Of a stretch of 64,000 nucleotides of DNA, positions 10,373 to 21,546 are shown in pieces. Every line of letters begins with the position of its first letter. Position 1 is the first letter of the stretch. Origin of the DNA: Savitreella phatthalungensis (Eukaryota). Made by a program: the position numbers and the translations under genes. Location of the stretch: positions 434,001 to 498,000 of the forward strand of contig AP039694.1 in assembly GCA_051599415.1 (NCBI GenBank), in the 5' to 3' direction. The notes under the pieces were generated by a model, which was given only the letters and a program-made list of their open reading frames with translations, searched no databases and had not been told where the DNA came from.

Positions 10373-11629
10373 TCAGTTGATGGTGACGTTGAAGACTGTG
10401 TGGGCAAAGTCGCGGACGAAGGCCGCGCTGCCTGGTGTGTGGGTGACCCAGGCGATGCGGTTGCCCGTGTGCGGGTGTAGCCATGAGTCGTGGTCTTGTG
10501 CGACCGGTGACTTGGTTGCGTCGGTGGCGATGACGGCGGACTCGGCAAGACGCTGCCTGCCGCGGTTGTCCGTGACACAGGCACCGCGTGTCCACCGGCC
10601 GTGGCACTCGATTCGCACATCCACATGCTCGGCCCTTTGCCAGCCGGCGGTCGACGTCACCTGAGCGATGCAGTACCACACGCACGCAGGATCGTGCATC
10701 GCCAACCCGGCCATCTCAACACTCGCATCCGTGTACAGAGATCGGAGCGTCTCAAACGTCCGATCGATGAAATGTGTCGTCCAGGTTGCCAGGAGACCCT
10801 GTCCCGCATTGCTGCCGGATTTGTAGGCTTCGAGGGCTGTGGATGTGGCTGCATCCCAGCCATCTCGGTGGAGGAGGACGCCTGTGGTTGTGTCTAGTGG
10901 AAGGACAGTGAGGGCTAGCGGCTTGTGGGCGGTGCTGGTGGAGCTACGCTGGTAGGCTGCCCTAAGTTCCTCTGTAGGGAGTGTGGATGCGGGCGATGGG
11001 GAAGTCATGGCGAAGACGTGGGCGCAAGCCTCGGGATCTGCCATGTAGTTGAATTCCGCAAGTGGCGTCACGTTTCCCGGCACGTGAAAGGCGCCCCCCA
11101 TTGAAACGACCTCCTTCGCTCGAGACAGCGTCTCGTAGTCGCGCGAGATGGCAAGTGAGATATTGGTGAGCGGACCGACGGCGACGATCGTCACGGTATC
11201 TGCGGGCTCTGACTTCAGGATGTCGAGGATCAGGTCTGCTGAGGAGAGAAGAGAGAGCTCCAGTCCTGCTGGAAGCGGATGGTTCTGCCAGTCTTCGCGA
11301 GCAGTTAAGCTCGGAAACTTCTCGGTGACTCCACCGAGGCCGTCTCTGCCGTGGAAGTACGCTGCATCGACAGCCTGTGCGGGATCCAGCGGCTCGTCAG
11401 CACCGACGCCCAGCAGGACCTTGCCCTTTGCGATGTTACGCATCCATGGCAGAGAGCCATCTGCCTCGATTACACGAAACAGGTTGACGACGTTTCGTGT
11501 GGTTTGGGCTGACCCAACATTCCCATGGACGCTGGCGATCGCAACGACCTCGATATCCGGATGAGCCAGTGCATAGAGCAGCGCGAGGACGTCGTCGACG
11601 CCAGGATCTGTGTCAAGAATGATCTTCAT
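10373..11629 (-). CDS. Inosine/uridine-preferring nucleoside hydrolase
   Basis: DTDPGVDD Ca-binding motif, HGRDGLG, VGPLTN, GNVTPLAEFN, MHDP. Confidence 0.92.
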   Translation of the reverse strand: MKIILDTDPGVDDVLALLYALAHPDIEVVAIASVHGNVGSAQTTRNVVNLFRVIEADGSLPWMRNIAKGKVLLGVGADEPLDPAQAVDAAYFHGRDGLGGVTEKFPSLTAREDWQNHPLPAGLELSLLSSADLILDILKSEPADTVTIVAVGPLTNISLAISRDYETLSRAKEVVSMGGAFHVPGNVTPLAEFNYMADPEACAHVFAMTSPSPASTLPTEELRAAYQRSSTSTAHKPLALTVLPLDTTTGVLLHRDGWDAATSTALEAYKSGSNAGQGLLATWTTHFIDRTFETLRSLYTDASVEMAGLAMHDPACVWYCIAQVTSTAGWQRAEHVDVRIECHGRWTRGACVTDNRGRQRLAESAVIATDATKSPVAQDHDSWLHPHTGNRIAWVTHTPGSAAFVRDFAHTVFNVTIN

Positions 11630-11944
11630 AGTAGTTTAGTGTCACAAGACTTTCAGTCCACAGCGTTAAAGGCAGCTGACGTATGGATGAGGGTGCAGAG
11701 TTGTCGTCGGCCTCATCCGATTGCGTCTCCAAAGGGGCGGTGTGGAAGCGCGGGAGTGAATGTGAGGTTGCACATGCATTCGATAAGAATTTCCCGAATC
11801 GGCAGGTGGCAATACCTCTTCCGGCTCCACGAATTCTTCCTGCTGGTGGTTTGTGACAGGCAGACCACTCCCTCGAGGGATCTTGATGAAGTCATCGGTA
11901 ACACTACCTCGAAGCGCCAGACGAGTAGCCACTCCACTTTCAGA

Positions 11945-12986
11945 ATGACGGTTGAAGTACACAGGATCCTCGCAGGTAGACTTTCATGCGCTGAGAATTT
12001 CATCGTCTCTCCTGGCAGGGAGGATCGACAGATCGAATTGCCGGACTACTGCTTTTTGGTGAAGCACGCGAGGTCTGGGAGGATCGTGCTCTGGGACACC
12101 GGACTTGCGACGCATCTGGAGGTGTATCCGCCGGTATGCCAGAAGACGATGCCTGCTTTTCACCCGGAGCCACCGGCGGAGTCACTGGACCAGGTACTTG
12201 GGAGAAACGGTGTCGAAGCTGACACTGTCACCGACGTCGTCTTCTCCCACTCACACTGGTGAGCACCACTGATCTACTCGGTTTACAGCGAGAGAAGCTC
12301 ACAGAGAGACTAGGGATCACATGCAGCCGATTCACGGTATGTTTCCAAAGGCTACAGCGTGGCTAGGGCCGGGGACGCTCCAGCGTACCGGGAAAGGATA
12401 CCCGACAGAACCAGAGTCCAGCGGGTTCAGCGAATTGTCGGACCCTGAGAAGCGGATCGGCAAAGTTCGTGAGCTCTCGCTCGAATCTGACAGGTGGGTG
12501 AAGTACGAGTCATTCGATCATGCTTTTGGTAAGTGCGCGATTGTCCGTCGTGTGCGATGATGAGATTGATGAATTGCACTGATGTGGGACTACATGACTG
12601 ACGCTTCGACAGACTTTTTTGAGGATGGCTCACTGCTGCTATGCAATGCGCCAGGACACTGTGCTGGGAACCTTTGTGCTATTGCAACCACGGCTGGAGG
12701 CAAAGTCGTTCTTGGCGGGGATTGCGCTCATCGTAAGACATCGAGCTCGTCTAGGATGAACGTGGCTCAGGCTAACTGACGCTTGGTAGATCTCGACCTG
12801 ATTGATGGCACGAAGGAAATCGGTAGGTGGAAGCGTGAGGATACAGGTAAGGTTGTATCGATGCACGAGGATGACGCGGCAGCATCCAGCACGATGTCTA
12901 AGCTAAGGGACTTGCGCGACAATCACGGACACAAGCTCTTGCTTGCGCACGATGGCTCCGCAGAGTGGCCCCACAGTATATCATGA
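11945..12986 (+). CDS. Metallo-beta-lactamase-fold hydrolase (AHL lactonase-like), 4 exons
   Basis: Exons 11945-12258, 12314-12528, 12613-12732, 12790-12986. Splicing restores HSHWDH (HxHxDH), DFFEDGS, APGH, GGDCAH and LAHD. Confidence 0.88.
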
Positions 12987-13103
12987 GATGTAGTGCAGTT
13001 CTCACACGGCTGGAGCAAGCTCGTTGATGAATCTATTGTCGGTATAAATGAGTGAAAGAGAAGGGCGAGAAGAAGTGCGTTCCGTGTAATCCTCCTGGCG
13101 AGT

Positions 13104-14153
13104 TTACTGCTGAGCACGAGATTCGCGGAATTCCGCCTCCTTTGTGGACTTTGAGGACTCAATCTCAGGCACTAGGGAGGCCAAGATGTCTGCAGCACGC
13201 TTGTGGTATTCGTGTTGAGCCTGGACGAGATCGACCAGGTTAGAGATTGGTTCTGGTGATGCTAGGCAGCCCTTCATGACAGAGGTGGCTTCCTCGACTG
13301 CTGCCACGAATTCATCCTCTGCCTTCTCGACCTCGTGACGTGCCTGGTCCGCCTTCTCCGGACGAGCTGATCTTGCGGAGGTCTTGGCTGCGTCGAGGGC
13401 GAGACGCGTCTGGTAGACCTGCCTGCGTGCTCTTCCTGCAAATGCAAGAGAGGTGTTGAGTGTGGTACCCATGGCAGCGTTGAAGTGTGTGTTGATGGCA
13501 GAGTCTTGGGCGAGACGAGCTTCGCCAAGCTTTTCGCTAGCGATAGCGTATTTGCTCAATGCAGAGCCGTAAGGGTCACTTGCGCCTAGGGATTCTGCGG
13601 AGGAGAGAGAGGCACGACCGAGAGCGTGTGAGAGTGTCTTGGGGACTCCCTTTGGACCTGCACGCGTGACTGCTGCCTGTGCTTCGGCGGTCGATGTGGC
13701 AGAGGCGAGGTCGTTTGCGCGCTGGGTGATGGATGTGATGAGCTCTGCGCCGGTCTCACGCAGGTTTGTCGGATAGTCGTAGGACTCCTTTGAGTATTGC
13801 TGTGTGACTGCGAGGAGCTTTTGGTGGGATGCCTTGAGCGCATCTACCTTCTTCTCTAGCTCAAGGTATTCTTCCGGCAGCTCTGTCTGAAAGGGAAGGA
13901 GTCAGCACGTGTGTGGATAAAAAGAACGAGACAGTGATGTAGATGTGATGGATACAGTACCTTCTCGACATTCTGGCCGACTTGTTCAGACACGACTGTT
14001 GAATTGTCAGTTCGGGATGTCCATGCAGGTGACTTGAGGGTGTGAGTTGTGAGGAGTGAGGGTGAATGTACATTGTCTTGCTTGTTGTGCGAGCGGTGAA
14101 ACTTTGTTGCCTAGTTCGCGCAGTCCGTCCAACTTGAATCCTGAGAAGTTCAT
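13104..14153 (-). CDS. GVP36: BAR-domain protein, Gvp36-like, 3 exons
   Basis: Exons 14153-14072, 13995-13961, 13886-13104. TELPEEYLELEKKVDALK, ESYDYP, PKTLSHAL, RLALDAAK, EKAEDEFV. Confidence 0.85.
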
Positions 14154-14962
14154 GACTTGTGTGTGGTGGTGATGGTGATGATGGATGAGTGGATGAACGT
14201 AGATAGATGATGTTTGGGTGTGATGTAGTAGTAAGTAGTAGAAAGTAATGTGAGTTTGGTTACGCTGTCTGTGTGAGGATATGTGTGGGTGGATGATTTA
14301 GGTCTACGGGCAGAGAGGGTGCAGGTGGATGGATGAATGAATATGCAAGGTAGATAGATATCTGATCAAATAGAATCAAATGGTATTGACTGCATATCAA
14401 TGCACATATGCTCATACTCACACGTGTACTCCTATACTCAAATACTCAAACTCATATTCATATGCGTACGTACGAGGGTACACTCATACTCACACACACA
14501 TAGACCACAGTTTAATTTATCCTTGATTTAAGGATAAATTATAAAAACATATTGATATTGGAGTTTGAGTATAGTGAATTACGGAACTGATGGTCAGTCT
14601 GGTAAGCATTCGAGCTCGACATACAGTACGTTCGTACATATGAACGTATACTGTATATCTGTGGTACTGTAAATTATATCGATTGACGATTGAATGACAA
14701 AAATAGAAACTGGCATATATAACGCTCTCTCCCAACCATCCATCCATGCACTATTATGTGGTAGATATGATAAATTTATACGTAATTGGGTCACAATTCC
14801 AATGCACTCACTCCATTCACTCATATCCTCTTTACTATTCATCCACTTACAGTTCTGTCAACTGTGGGAGTCCGAGTCAAGAGCCATACATCTCAGAGCT
14901 GCTACCCATCATTCATCACATCAAGGTCTCAAAGGAGTTCCGACTCTCTGGATCTGGGACTG

Positions 14963-15562
14963 TCACAGCTTTGGCTCGAGTGCCACAATCCTTTCGAATT
15001 CCTCCTTCATCTGCTTCGTCATCGCTACAGGTCTCCGACTCTTCCGATCGACAAAGACGTGTGTGAAATGTCCGACTGCCGCAGCCTGCGGTAGTTCTGC
15101 CTGCCCTTCTGAACTTGCCCTTGCGTCTGCAGCAACTGCATTCCTGAGTGCCTCGTTCGGGATGATCCCAGATTGGCTTGCGACGACGAGTTTTCTGAGT
15201 GTTGGTTGAGTTTCTGCGTCAAAGATGGCCAGCCTGTAAGTGACGCTTGACTTTCCCACTTTCGCGATCGCCAGTCCTGCGAGCAGTCTCCGGGGGAACT
15301 CGACCGATGCATGGTACCTGCAGTCTGACGCGACCACCAGCCCTATCGGTCCGCCGTCCCCGGTCGCACCTGCATCGGCTTCTGGCAGAGGGTGAGCGTC
15401 CGGGACAGGCACAAGCCCGCACCGTCGGATCAGGAACGCGTTCGCCACAGCGTCAAAGTAGGTGTAGTACACAGAGTTGTTCACGTGGCCGTACTGGTCG
15501 TTGTCGCTCCACCGCGTCGACAACGGCTCCAGGAACGGATAACTGAGGATCGACCTCGACAT
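14963..15562 (-). CDS. Hotdog-fold acyl-CoA thioesterase (4HBT/YbgC-like), C-terminal PKL
   Basis: RWSDNDQYGHVNNSVYYTYFD, GKSSVTY, HVFVDR. Confidence 0.9.
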   Translation of the reverse strand: MSRSILSYPFLEPLSTRWSDNDQYGHVNNSVYYTYFDAVANAFLIRRCGLVPVPDAHPLPEADAGATGDGGPIGLVVASDCRYHASVEFPRRLLAGLAIAKVGKSSVTYRLAIFDAETQPTLRKLVVASQSGIIPNEALRNAVAADARASSEGQAELPQAAAVGHFTHVFVDRKSRRPVAMTKQMKEEFERIVALEPKL

Positions 15563-15865
15563 GAGAGGCTCACTGACTGTGCCAGTACAGGTGTAGCGAT
15601 AAAGTATGCTCTCGCAGGGGTGCCGAGTCTGGACGAGTGCTTGTGTATGTATATCTTGTGTGGTGTGGGGAAGTCTGAGAGAATCAAGTCTTGTAAAGTG
15701 ATCCGATCACTCGATTTGATCCCATCTCCGTAATTTCCACCGCAAGATGCACAGACACGACAATCCTGGTCAAGAGAAGCACAGGACGCAAGACACGCGC
15801 TTGTGACACGTCACCTCTCTAAACGATGGCTTCCCTCTAGTCGATCCGCTCCGAGTACTGCCAGA

Positions 15866-16870
15866 ATGGACGCGCTGACGACATTGGCCGTGATCTTCCT
15901 ACCGATCGTGTTGCCACGCTTGCGGGATGTGGTAGTGACTGTGCAGGGTGCTCGGGTTCGTGGGGACTGGGGCCGCCCTGTGGATGGTCTGCCTGCGTGG
16001 CGGATACGGCTCTGTGGACTCGGATTGGTGTACCACGTTGTGAGAGGATTCAAGATCGTTTGGGCGAGAGGCGGTCACATCTCTGACGATTTCTTCACCC
16101 TCACTGGATCCCGAATCACCGTTCCAGTCGACGTCCTCCGCAACCGTCTCGCAGCACTCAACATCGTACACTCGCACGTCCTCACAGACTCAGCACTCTG
16201 GACAGCCTTCGAGTCGATCGACGGTCGTCTGATACACCTGAACGTCGGCGAAGCCCTGCGGCTGTGTGAGTGGTGTACGCTCGAGGAGCCGAATAGCTGG
16301 TTGGTGGCTGTGGGTGGGATGGTTGTGGTTTGGTGGTTGTGGTGGGTGTTTGTGGTGAGCTTGATGGTGCCCGGGTCGTCGTCCAAGACGCCCTGGGTGG
16401 GCATGCTGGTCGGAGGGATGCTAGCTGAATTGTATGCCCGCGGTGGCGCGTTCAACCTCCACAACGCTACCAGCAATCGGGTCTCCGAGTTGGTTCCGGT
16501 CGATGGATACGCCGCTGTGCTCAGACATGTGGCCGTCGGTCTCGTGTTTGCGCTGCTTGGCTTGCATGTCCTGTACACGGTCAAGTTCAAGGAGCCTGAA
16601 ATGACGCATGCGCAGATTCGAGCCGAGTTGGTCAAGACGATTGAGAGGTTGAGGTGCGCGAATACGGCGGCAAGGACGATTGCCAGCTCTGCAGAGCTGG
16701 ATGCGGTTGCGCGCAAGTTCTGGCAGAAGCAGCGCGAGCACGAGGCCGAGCTCGATCGGAACCCGCGCGTTCTGCAGGCCCGTGCTGAGGTTGTTCGCCG
16801 GCTCGAGAGCGAGTTGGAGGAGGAAGCAAATCGCTTCAAGGAGTTCTTCAGGAAAGAGTGGACAGCATAG
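15866..16870 (+). CDS. Conserved-type fungal membrane protein of unknown function
   Basis: Long ORF with several TM helices, FFTLTGSRI and LCEWC motifs, and a charged helical C-terminus. ATG at 15866. Confidence 0.7.
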   Translation: MDALTTLAVIFLPIVLPRLRDVVVTVQGARVRGDWGRPVDGLPAWRIRLCGLGLVYHVVRGFKIVWARGGHISDDFFTLTGSRITVPVDVLRNRLAALNIVHSHVLTDSALWTAFESIDGRLIHLNVGEALRLCEWCTLEEPNSWLVAVGGMVVVWWLWWVFVVSLMVPGSSSKTPWVGMLVGGMLAELYARGGAFNLHNATSNRVSELVPVDGYAAVLRHVAVGLVFALLGLHVLYTVKFKEPEMTHAQIRAELVKTIERLRCANTAARTIASSAELDAVARKFWQKQREHEAELDRNPRVLQARAEVVRRLESELEEEANRFKEFFRKEWTA

Positions 16871-16937
16871 GAATAGCATAGGATAGAGCGAGGGTTTAAG
16901 CATCACGTCATTCATTACGATCTATACAGGCTTCACA

Positions 16938-18116
16938 TCACGACGCGATGGCAATCTTCTGCTCCGCACGTTTGTGTCGTTCTTGCCTTGCGGTGTCGAG
17001 TGACGCCGAGGTTTGCGGTTGATCTGGGGCTTTGTTCATACCAAGAACATCGAGAAGGTCCGGGTAGGTTTTTGCCTGCTGTGCGTTTCTGAAGGTCTGG
17101 GTTTTGGATTTGTCAATCATCATCTTCATCAGGATGTACTTGGTGTTGGGCAGTGGGTTGTCGACGTCAAGCGCCGTCTGGACGAGCTCTCTCGCGAGGA
17201 TGAGCGAGTCGATCGGTCCACCGTCCTTGCTACCCCGGAAGCAACTCGGGTTCTTCTCTGCGCCACGAGCAATCATGATTCCTGACACGCCGGTCTCCGC
17301 CATTAGCTGCTCTGCCTCGTCGCGGTCATTCACGTCCCCGTTGGCTAGCAGCGTTACGCCTTCTTCCTTGCAAACCTGGACGATCCGTGCAAGTCTGTGA
17401 CGGAGTGCTGGTTCTCTCGGTCGCATTGGGATTGTGCGGAGGTGGACGGTGAGCCCGATGATGCCAGTACGACAGATTTTCCTGATCATGTCGTCCGTAG
17501 CGTCGACGTCAGGCAGGACCCTGATCTTGGCGCTCACGCCGATGTTGAACGGCCTGCCGACCTCGTCGATCAGCGCACGCAGGATCGCACACAACCGATC
17601 GACGTCACTCAATAGCGCCGAGCCCATCCCGCCGGTCGTCGAGAAGGGCTTCGGGCAGCCACAATTGAGGTCGATGCCGGCGACATCTCGGGCGACCAGC
17701 TTCGCTGCTGCGACTGCTGTGTCTGGCTGTGCAGAGCCGAGTTGGAAGATGAGTTGGGATTTCTCTGTGGGGAGAGTGCGGAAGATTACATGGCCTTTTG
17801 ACTTCTTCACAAAGTCGATTGTATTCAGCTTTTCGTTCACAATGCGCTCAGCTGGCTGTCCGCCAGCCAAAAGCGCATGGTCGACAATCTCGGGACCCCA
17901 GACGATGTCTGCGCCATACTTGAGCGAGAGGATACGCGTAGGAAGCTCGCTGATACGGACCATCGGCGCCAGAACGACCTTGCCGGCGTACGAGATAGCT
18001 GGAGACCACACAGAAGTGGCTGTAGCCGTGTCGTTGCTCGTGGTAGATTCATGAACCGGGGTCGAAGCCTTAAGGATAGGCGGTATTGAGTCGGCAGGAT
18101 CTGTGCCTGGTGACAT
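16938..18116 (-). CDS. DUS2: tRNA-dihydrouridine(20) synthase, Dus2/Smm1-like
   Basis: LAPMVR, FQLGSA, IDLNCGCPKPFS, GMGSALL, VHLRT, ANGDV, MIARGA, NTKY. First ATG at 18116; frame stays open to a GTG at 18209. Confidence 0.9.
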   Translation of the reverse strand: MSPGTDPADSIPPILKASTPVHESTTSNDTATATSVWSPAISYAGKVVLAPMVRISELPTRILSLKYGADIVWGPEIVDHALLAGGQPAERIVNEKLNTIDFVKKSKGHVIFRTLPTEKSQLIFQLGSAQPDTAVAAAKLVARDVAGIDLNCGCPKPFSTTGGMGSALLSDVDRLCAILRALIDEVGRPFNIGVSAKIRVLPDVDATDDMIRKICRTGIIGLTVHLRTIPMRPREPALRHRLARIVQVCKEEGVTLLANGDVNDRDEAEQLMAETGVSGIMIARGAEKNPSCFRGSKDGGPIDSLILARELVQTALDVDNPLPNTKYILMKMMIDKSKTQTFRNAQQAKTYPDLLDVLGMNKAPDQPQTSASLDTARQERHKRAEQKIAIAS

Positions 18117-18671
18117 GATCGAGTATTGTGTAGAAATCAGCCGCGACAGTGACCGCGCCCTCAGTGAGAGGCGCAGAGGAGTCAGAATTGTTGTTGCTGA
18201 TGAGCGCACAGTGCACTGGTCCCGGACGCTGCCGAAGAGAAGGATCGAGAGCTATTGGTGGCTGGGAAAATATCTTGGTACAAGACTTTGGGTTTATGAT
18301 TGATCGATCTCGAGACCTGTCACAATGACGCTGCAGAAATGAAATACCAGAAGAATTATTCTTTGGCTGATTTCCTGTGTCGAAAAAATGCATGATGTGA
18401 AGAGACCATAGCCTAGAGCTGCCAAGTACAGGGGCGACGAGGCGAGGATTTGGAAGAGAATGCTTGTAAACAGACAGCAAGGACGATGGCCATACGCATA
18501 TTTGCCGATGGAAAAGTATGCTCGGGGAGTTCTCAAAGCTTGCTCGGTGATCCGCCTGGGGGAACGACGGAATGCATGTGACGGCAAAACATTGTCAACC
18601 ACTCAGCAATAAAATGTACATCGTGTTACGATATTGTTCAATATAACATTCCGTATTGTCATTGATCCTAG

Positions 18672-19641
18672 CTATAGTCCTGCTTTATCCTCGCGAGCGT
18701 TGACTACATCTGCATCTCGTGCAGACGCTTTTGTGGCATGAGGTTTTGGAAGCCAGAGACCCGGGTGGAAGAATGCGAGCAGGTAGACTGCGATAACGAT
18801 CGGTGCGAATTCGAGACAGCCGAAGAAGACTTCTCTTGTTGACAGTTTCCCACCGAGGCCTTCTGCGGTCTCTGCTAGTCTGAAGACGGTACGCAGGTAG
18901 ACGAGCAAGGTAGCGAGGACGAGTGCGCCGATAAACCATGGGCTCACGCTCGCTCGAGCACTTTGAGAATCCTGGTGTAGTTTGCGGCCTCTGTAGAGAA
19001 CGATGGTCAAGAGGACGAGGAAGAGGAAGAATGCAGCGACTTGGAGTGCGAGTCCTGCGAGAAGGATGTTGTTTGGAGTGGTTGGGTCATTTTCGTTGGA
19101 GTAGGCTGTGCCGATGAGGGCTGCTCCTGCGATCTGGACAATTGTCGCGACAACGTCGGCCGTGATGAAGATGGCGAGGACTGCGCGCGGCGGTATTGGC
19201 GACGACTTCCGACCATATACGCCGATGAGCAGGGAGACGATGGTGTACAGCGCTGCTGAGAGAAAGACCGGGGCGACGACGATGAAGAAGTACTGTGTGA
19301 CGAAGTAAGGTACATTGTAGGGATCTCGAGCGCCTGAAAGTAAGCGCAAAGCGTACCCAACGACTTCCATTGCCAGAGCGACTGTGGCTGTGGAGAAGTA
19401 CCACGCTCGTCTCCGGAAAAGGAGCCATGCGTGGGCTATGAGGGCGATAGCGAAGAGGACGATAGCCAGGATGGCCAGGGCTTCTGAGGGGCGATAACCG
19501 TAAATGATGACCCGTGCATCTGTCACATGTCAGTAAAGGTTGAAATTGGAGGGAGGAGGGTATAGCGGCTAGTTGTCACATACCATTTGGACCCATAGGA
19601 TTTGGGAAGTTTGGATCGACATAGCCAAAGTATTGCGGCAT
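18672..19641 (-). CDS. RTA1-like 7-TM protein, 2 exons
   Basis: Exon 1 19641-19584 (MPQYFGYVDPNFPNPMGPN), intron 19583-19520, then IYGYRPS, EVVGY, APVFLSAALY, FITADV, RTVFRLAE. Confidence 0.9.
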
Positions 19642-20505
19642 TGTGGAAGACAAGAGAAATGGTTCAGCAGAGAAATCAGGCTGGAAGGCAGATCAAGTCA
19701 TGTCATGTCAGCTCGTCTCTGAAATCTGGCGCGTCGAGTCGACGTATGTAAGTTTGTGCTAGTGAGTGAAACCAGCTGACTGATGACAAGGTCTGGCGCG
19801 TATGCACTTTGGAAGATGCGCAGCAATTGAGAATGACGCTAGTATATCAGCATGTGGCTGCGAGGGTGCGTTGATGACCTGTGTGAGCATGTGTATGTGT
19901 GTTTGGGTGGATGAGTTCGGGTGATTGTGTTGGTCAGTCAGAGTAGAACGAGGTTGAATGGAGTATATGAGACGAGATGCTCATCAGTGTATTCCACCTG
20001 ACAAGTGCACCAGGTTAGCCGTACGTGTAGATCCTATCTTAAGCGTCCATCCATTTGAGCTCTCAGGAAAGTAAGTGATGATTGATGATGGACTTTGTTT
20101 TCCCTTCTTTGGGTGCAGGACGATCGATGTCATAGGCGCCTATCCCAATTTGACTCTGGACTTATTTTGACTAACTCTGGATTGTGAAGAGTTCTGGGGA
20201 AAGTTTAATTGGTTCAGACGACCCATCGTAAGCGAACTTTATTTTCTTAGACCTTTACTAGCTTAGGGGCCAGAGTTATCGGAGCATTGCATGATGAAGT
20301 TCTCAGAGAGAAAGGGAAGGAAAGGGACGGGAAGGTAAGGGAAGGTGAGGGAACGTGAAGGACGCGGAGGGTCGTGCATTACCAGCAATCCTGGTCAATC
20401 GCCCATACACACACATGATAGGCAGGAAGGTCATCGTTAATAGCCATGAATCATTCATCGCCTATAGAACAGCCCTCTGAGCATGGATTTTGAACGATCA
20501 AATTC

Positions 20506-21294
20506 TTACCGCGTCGATCGGGCAAACGCTCCAGCGAGTGTATTCTGTCTCGAGTCTGGATGATGCCGTGATCGCATCGAGGAAGCTCCGGTTGAGGAAG
20601 ATGATGCAGATGATTGGTTCTGCCAAGCTGTATCTGCATTGAATCTGGCGATCGCGTCTGCCAGCACGTAGTCGCACTCCATCATGTACGCTGCATCCAA
20701 GTCAGTCAAGTACTCGAAACACAACGAGTTACACTCACATCTCGCCATATCATAGTCCGTGCATCGAGTCTGGACCATGAACTTCTTCAATCGTACTTTC
20801 TCTTGCTCGTCTGCTGGTGGTGCTGCTGAGAGCGATCTGTGTGCGCCTGGGATCATCACCCACGGCCTCGCTCCGAGCAGGTGGTCTGAGAAGATGTTGT
20901 TGGCCTGCCTGATGGATTGCACATCGACGTTGTAGGCGAGCGCGAGACTGCGAACGCTGTCGTCAGGCCGGACGTAGTGCTGAACTGCATGTATCGTCTC
21001 TTTCTCTGAGATTTCCCTGCCCTCGTGCTTGGCATCATGCTGATGATGTACACTGTACGGCGGCGCATCCCGGACAGCAGCGTCGTAAGCAGGAGGTAGC
21101 ATCTCATCTGCGTCCCCTACATCTCCGCTCGCGCTCATCCCTACATCGATCGGCAGCTGGCACAGCACGCAGTACGTCCCGTATCGCGGCGTCCGAGTCA
21201 CACATCGCCGGCACACAAACCGCCTGCAGCACGGAGTGGGAACGCCTTTCTCGCGATTGAAGCCATAGCAGACGACGCAGGACGGCGCAGACAT
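20506..21294 (-). CDS. Protein with Cys-rich RING-like finger, PPxY motifs, LysM domain and UBA-like tail
   Basis: CVVC..CCRRFVCRRC..CVLC; PPAY/PPY; LysM HYVRPDDSVRSLALAYNV..IRQANNI. Probable 48-nt intron at 20738-20691. Confidence 0.8.
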   Translation of the reverse strand: MSAPSCVVCYGFNREKGVPTPCCRRFVCRRCVTRTPRYGTYCVLCQLPIDVGMSASGDVGDADEMLPPAYDAAVRDAPPYSVHHQHDAKHEGREISEKETIHAVQHYVRPDDSVRSLALAYNVDVQSIRQANNIFSDHLLGARPWVMIPGAHRSLSAAPPADEQEKVRLKKFMVQTRCTDYDMARCECNSLCFEYLTDLDAAYMMECDYVLADAIARFNADTAWQNQSSASSSSTGASSMRSRHHPDSRQNTLAGAFARSTR

Positions 21295-21546
21295 AGATGT
21301 CTTTGAGATGGGAGTGGGTTTGTCCTAAGAGGGATTTCTGATCAAAAGTGACGCAATCGGTGTTTGTGGAGTACAGTGATGAATGCACGCTCAAATTCCA
21401 TTCATCCCGCAATTCGCATTCCCGGGTCGGCTAAACTATCGATCTATGCTCAGGAAGCTTCTTCTCCAAAGACACAGACATTCAAATCAACCTCACACGA
21501 CAAAAGGCGACCTAGTCTACCATTACTCTTGAAGATATCAGTCAGC

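Noticed and set aside
20310..20370. (GGAAG/GGGAA)n purine-rich run
   Set aside because: Simple degenerate microsatellite with no further support.
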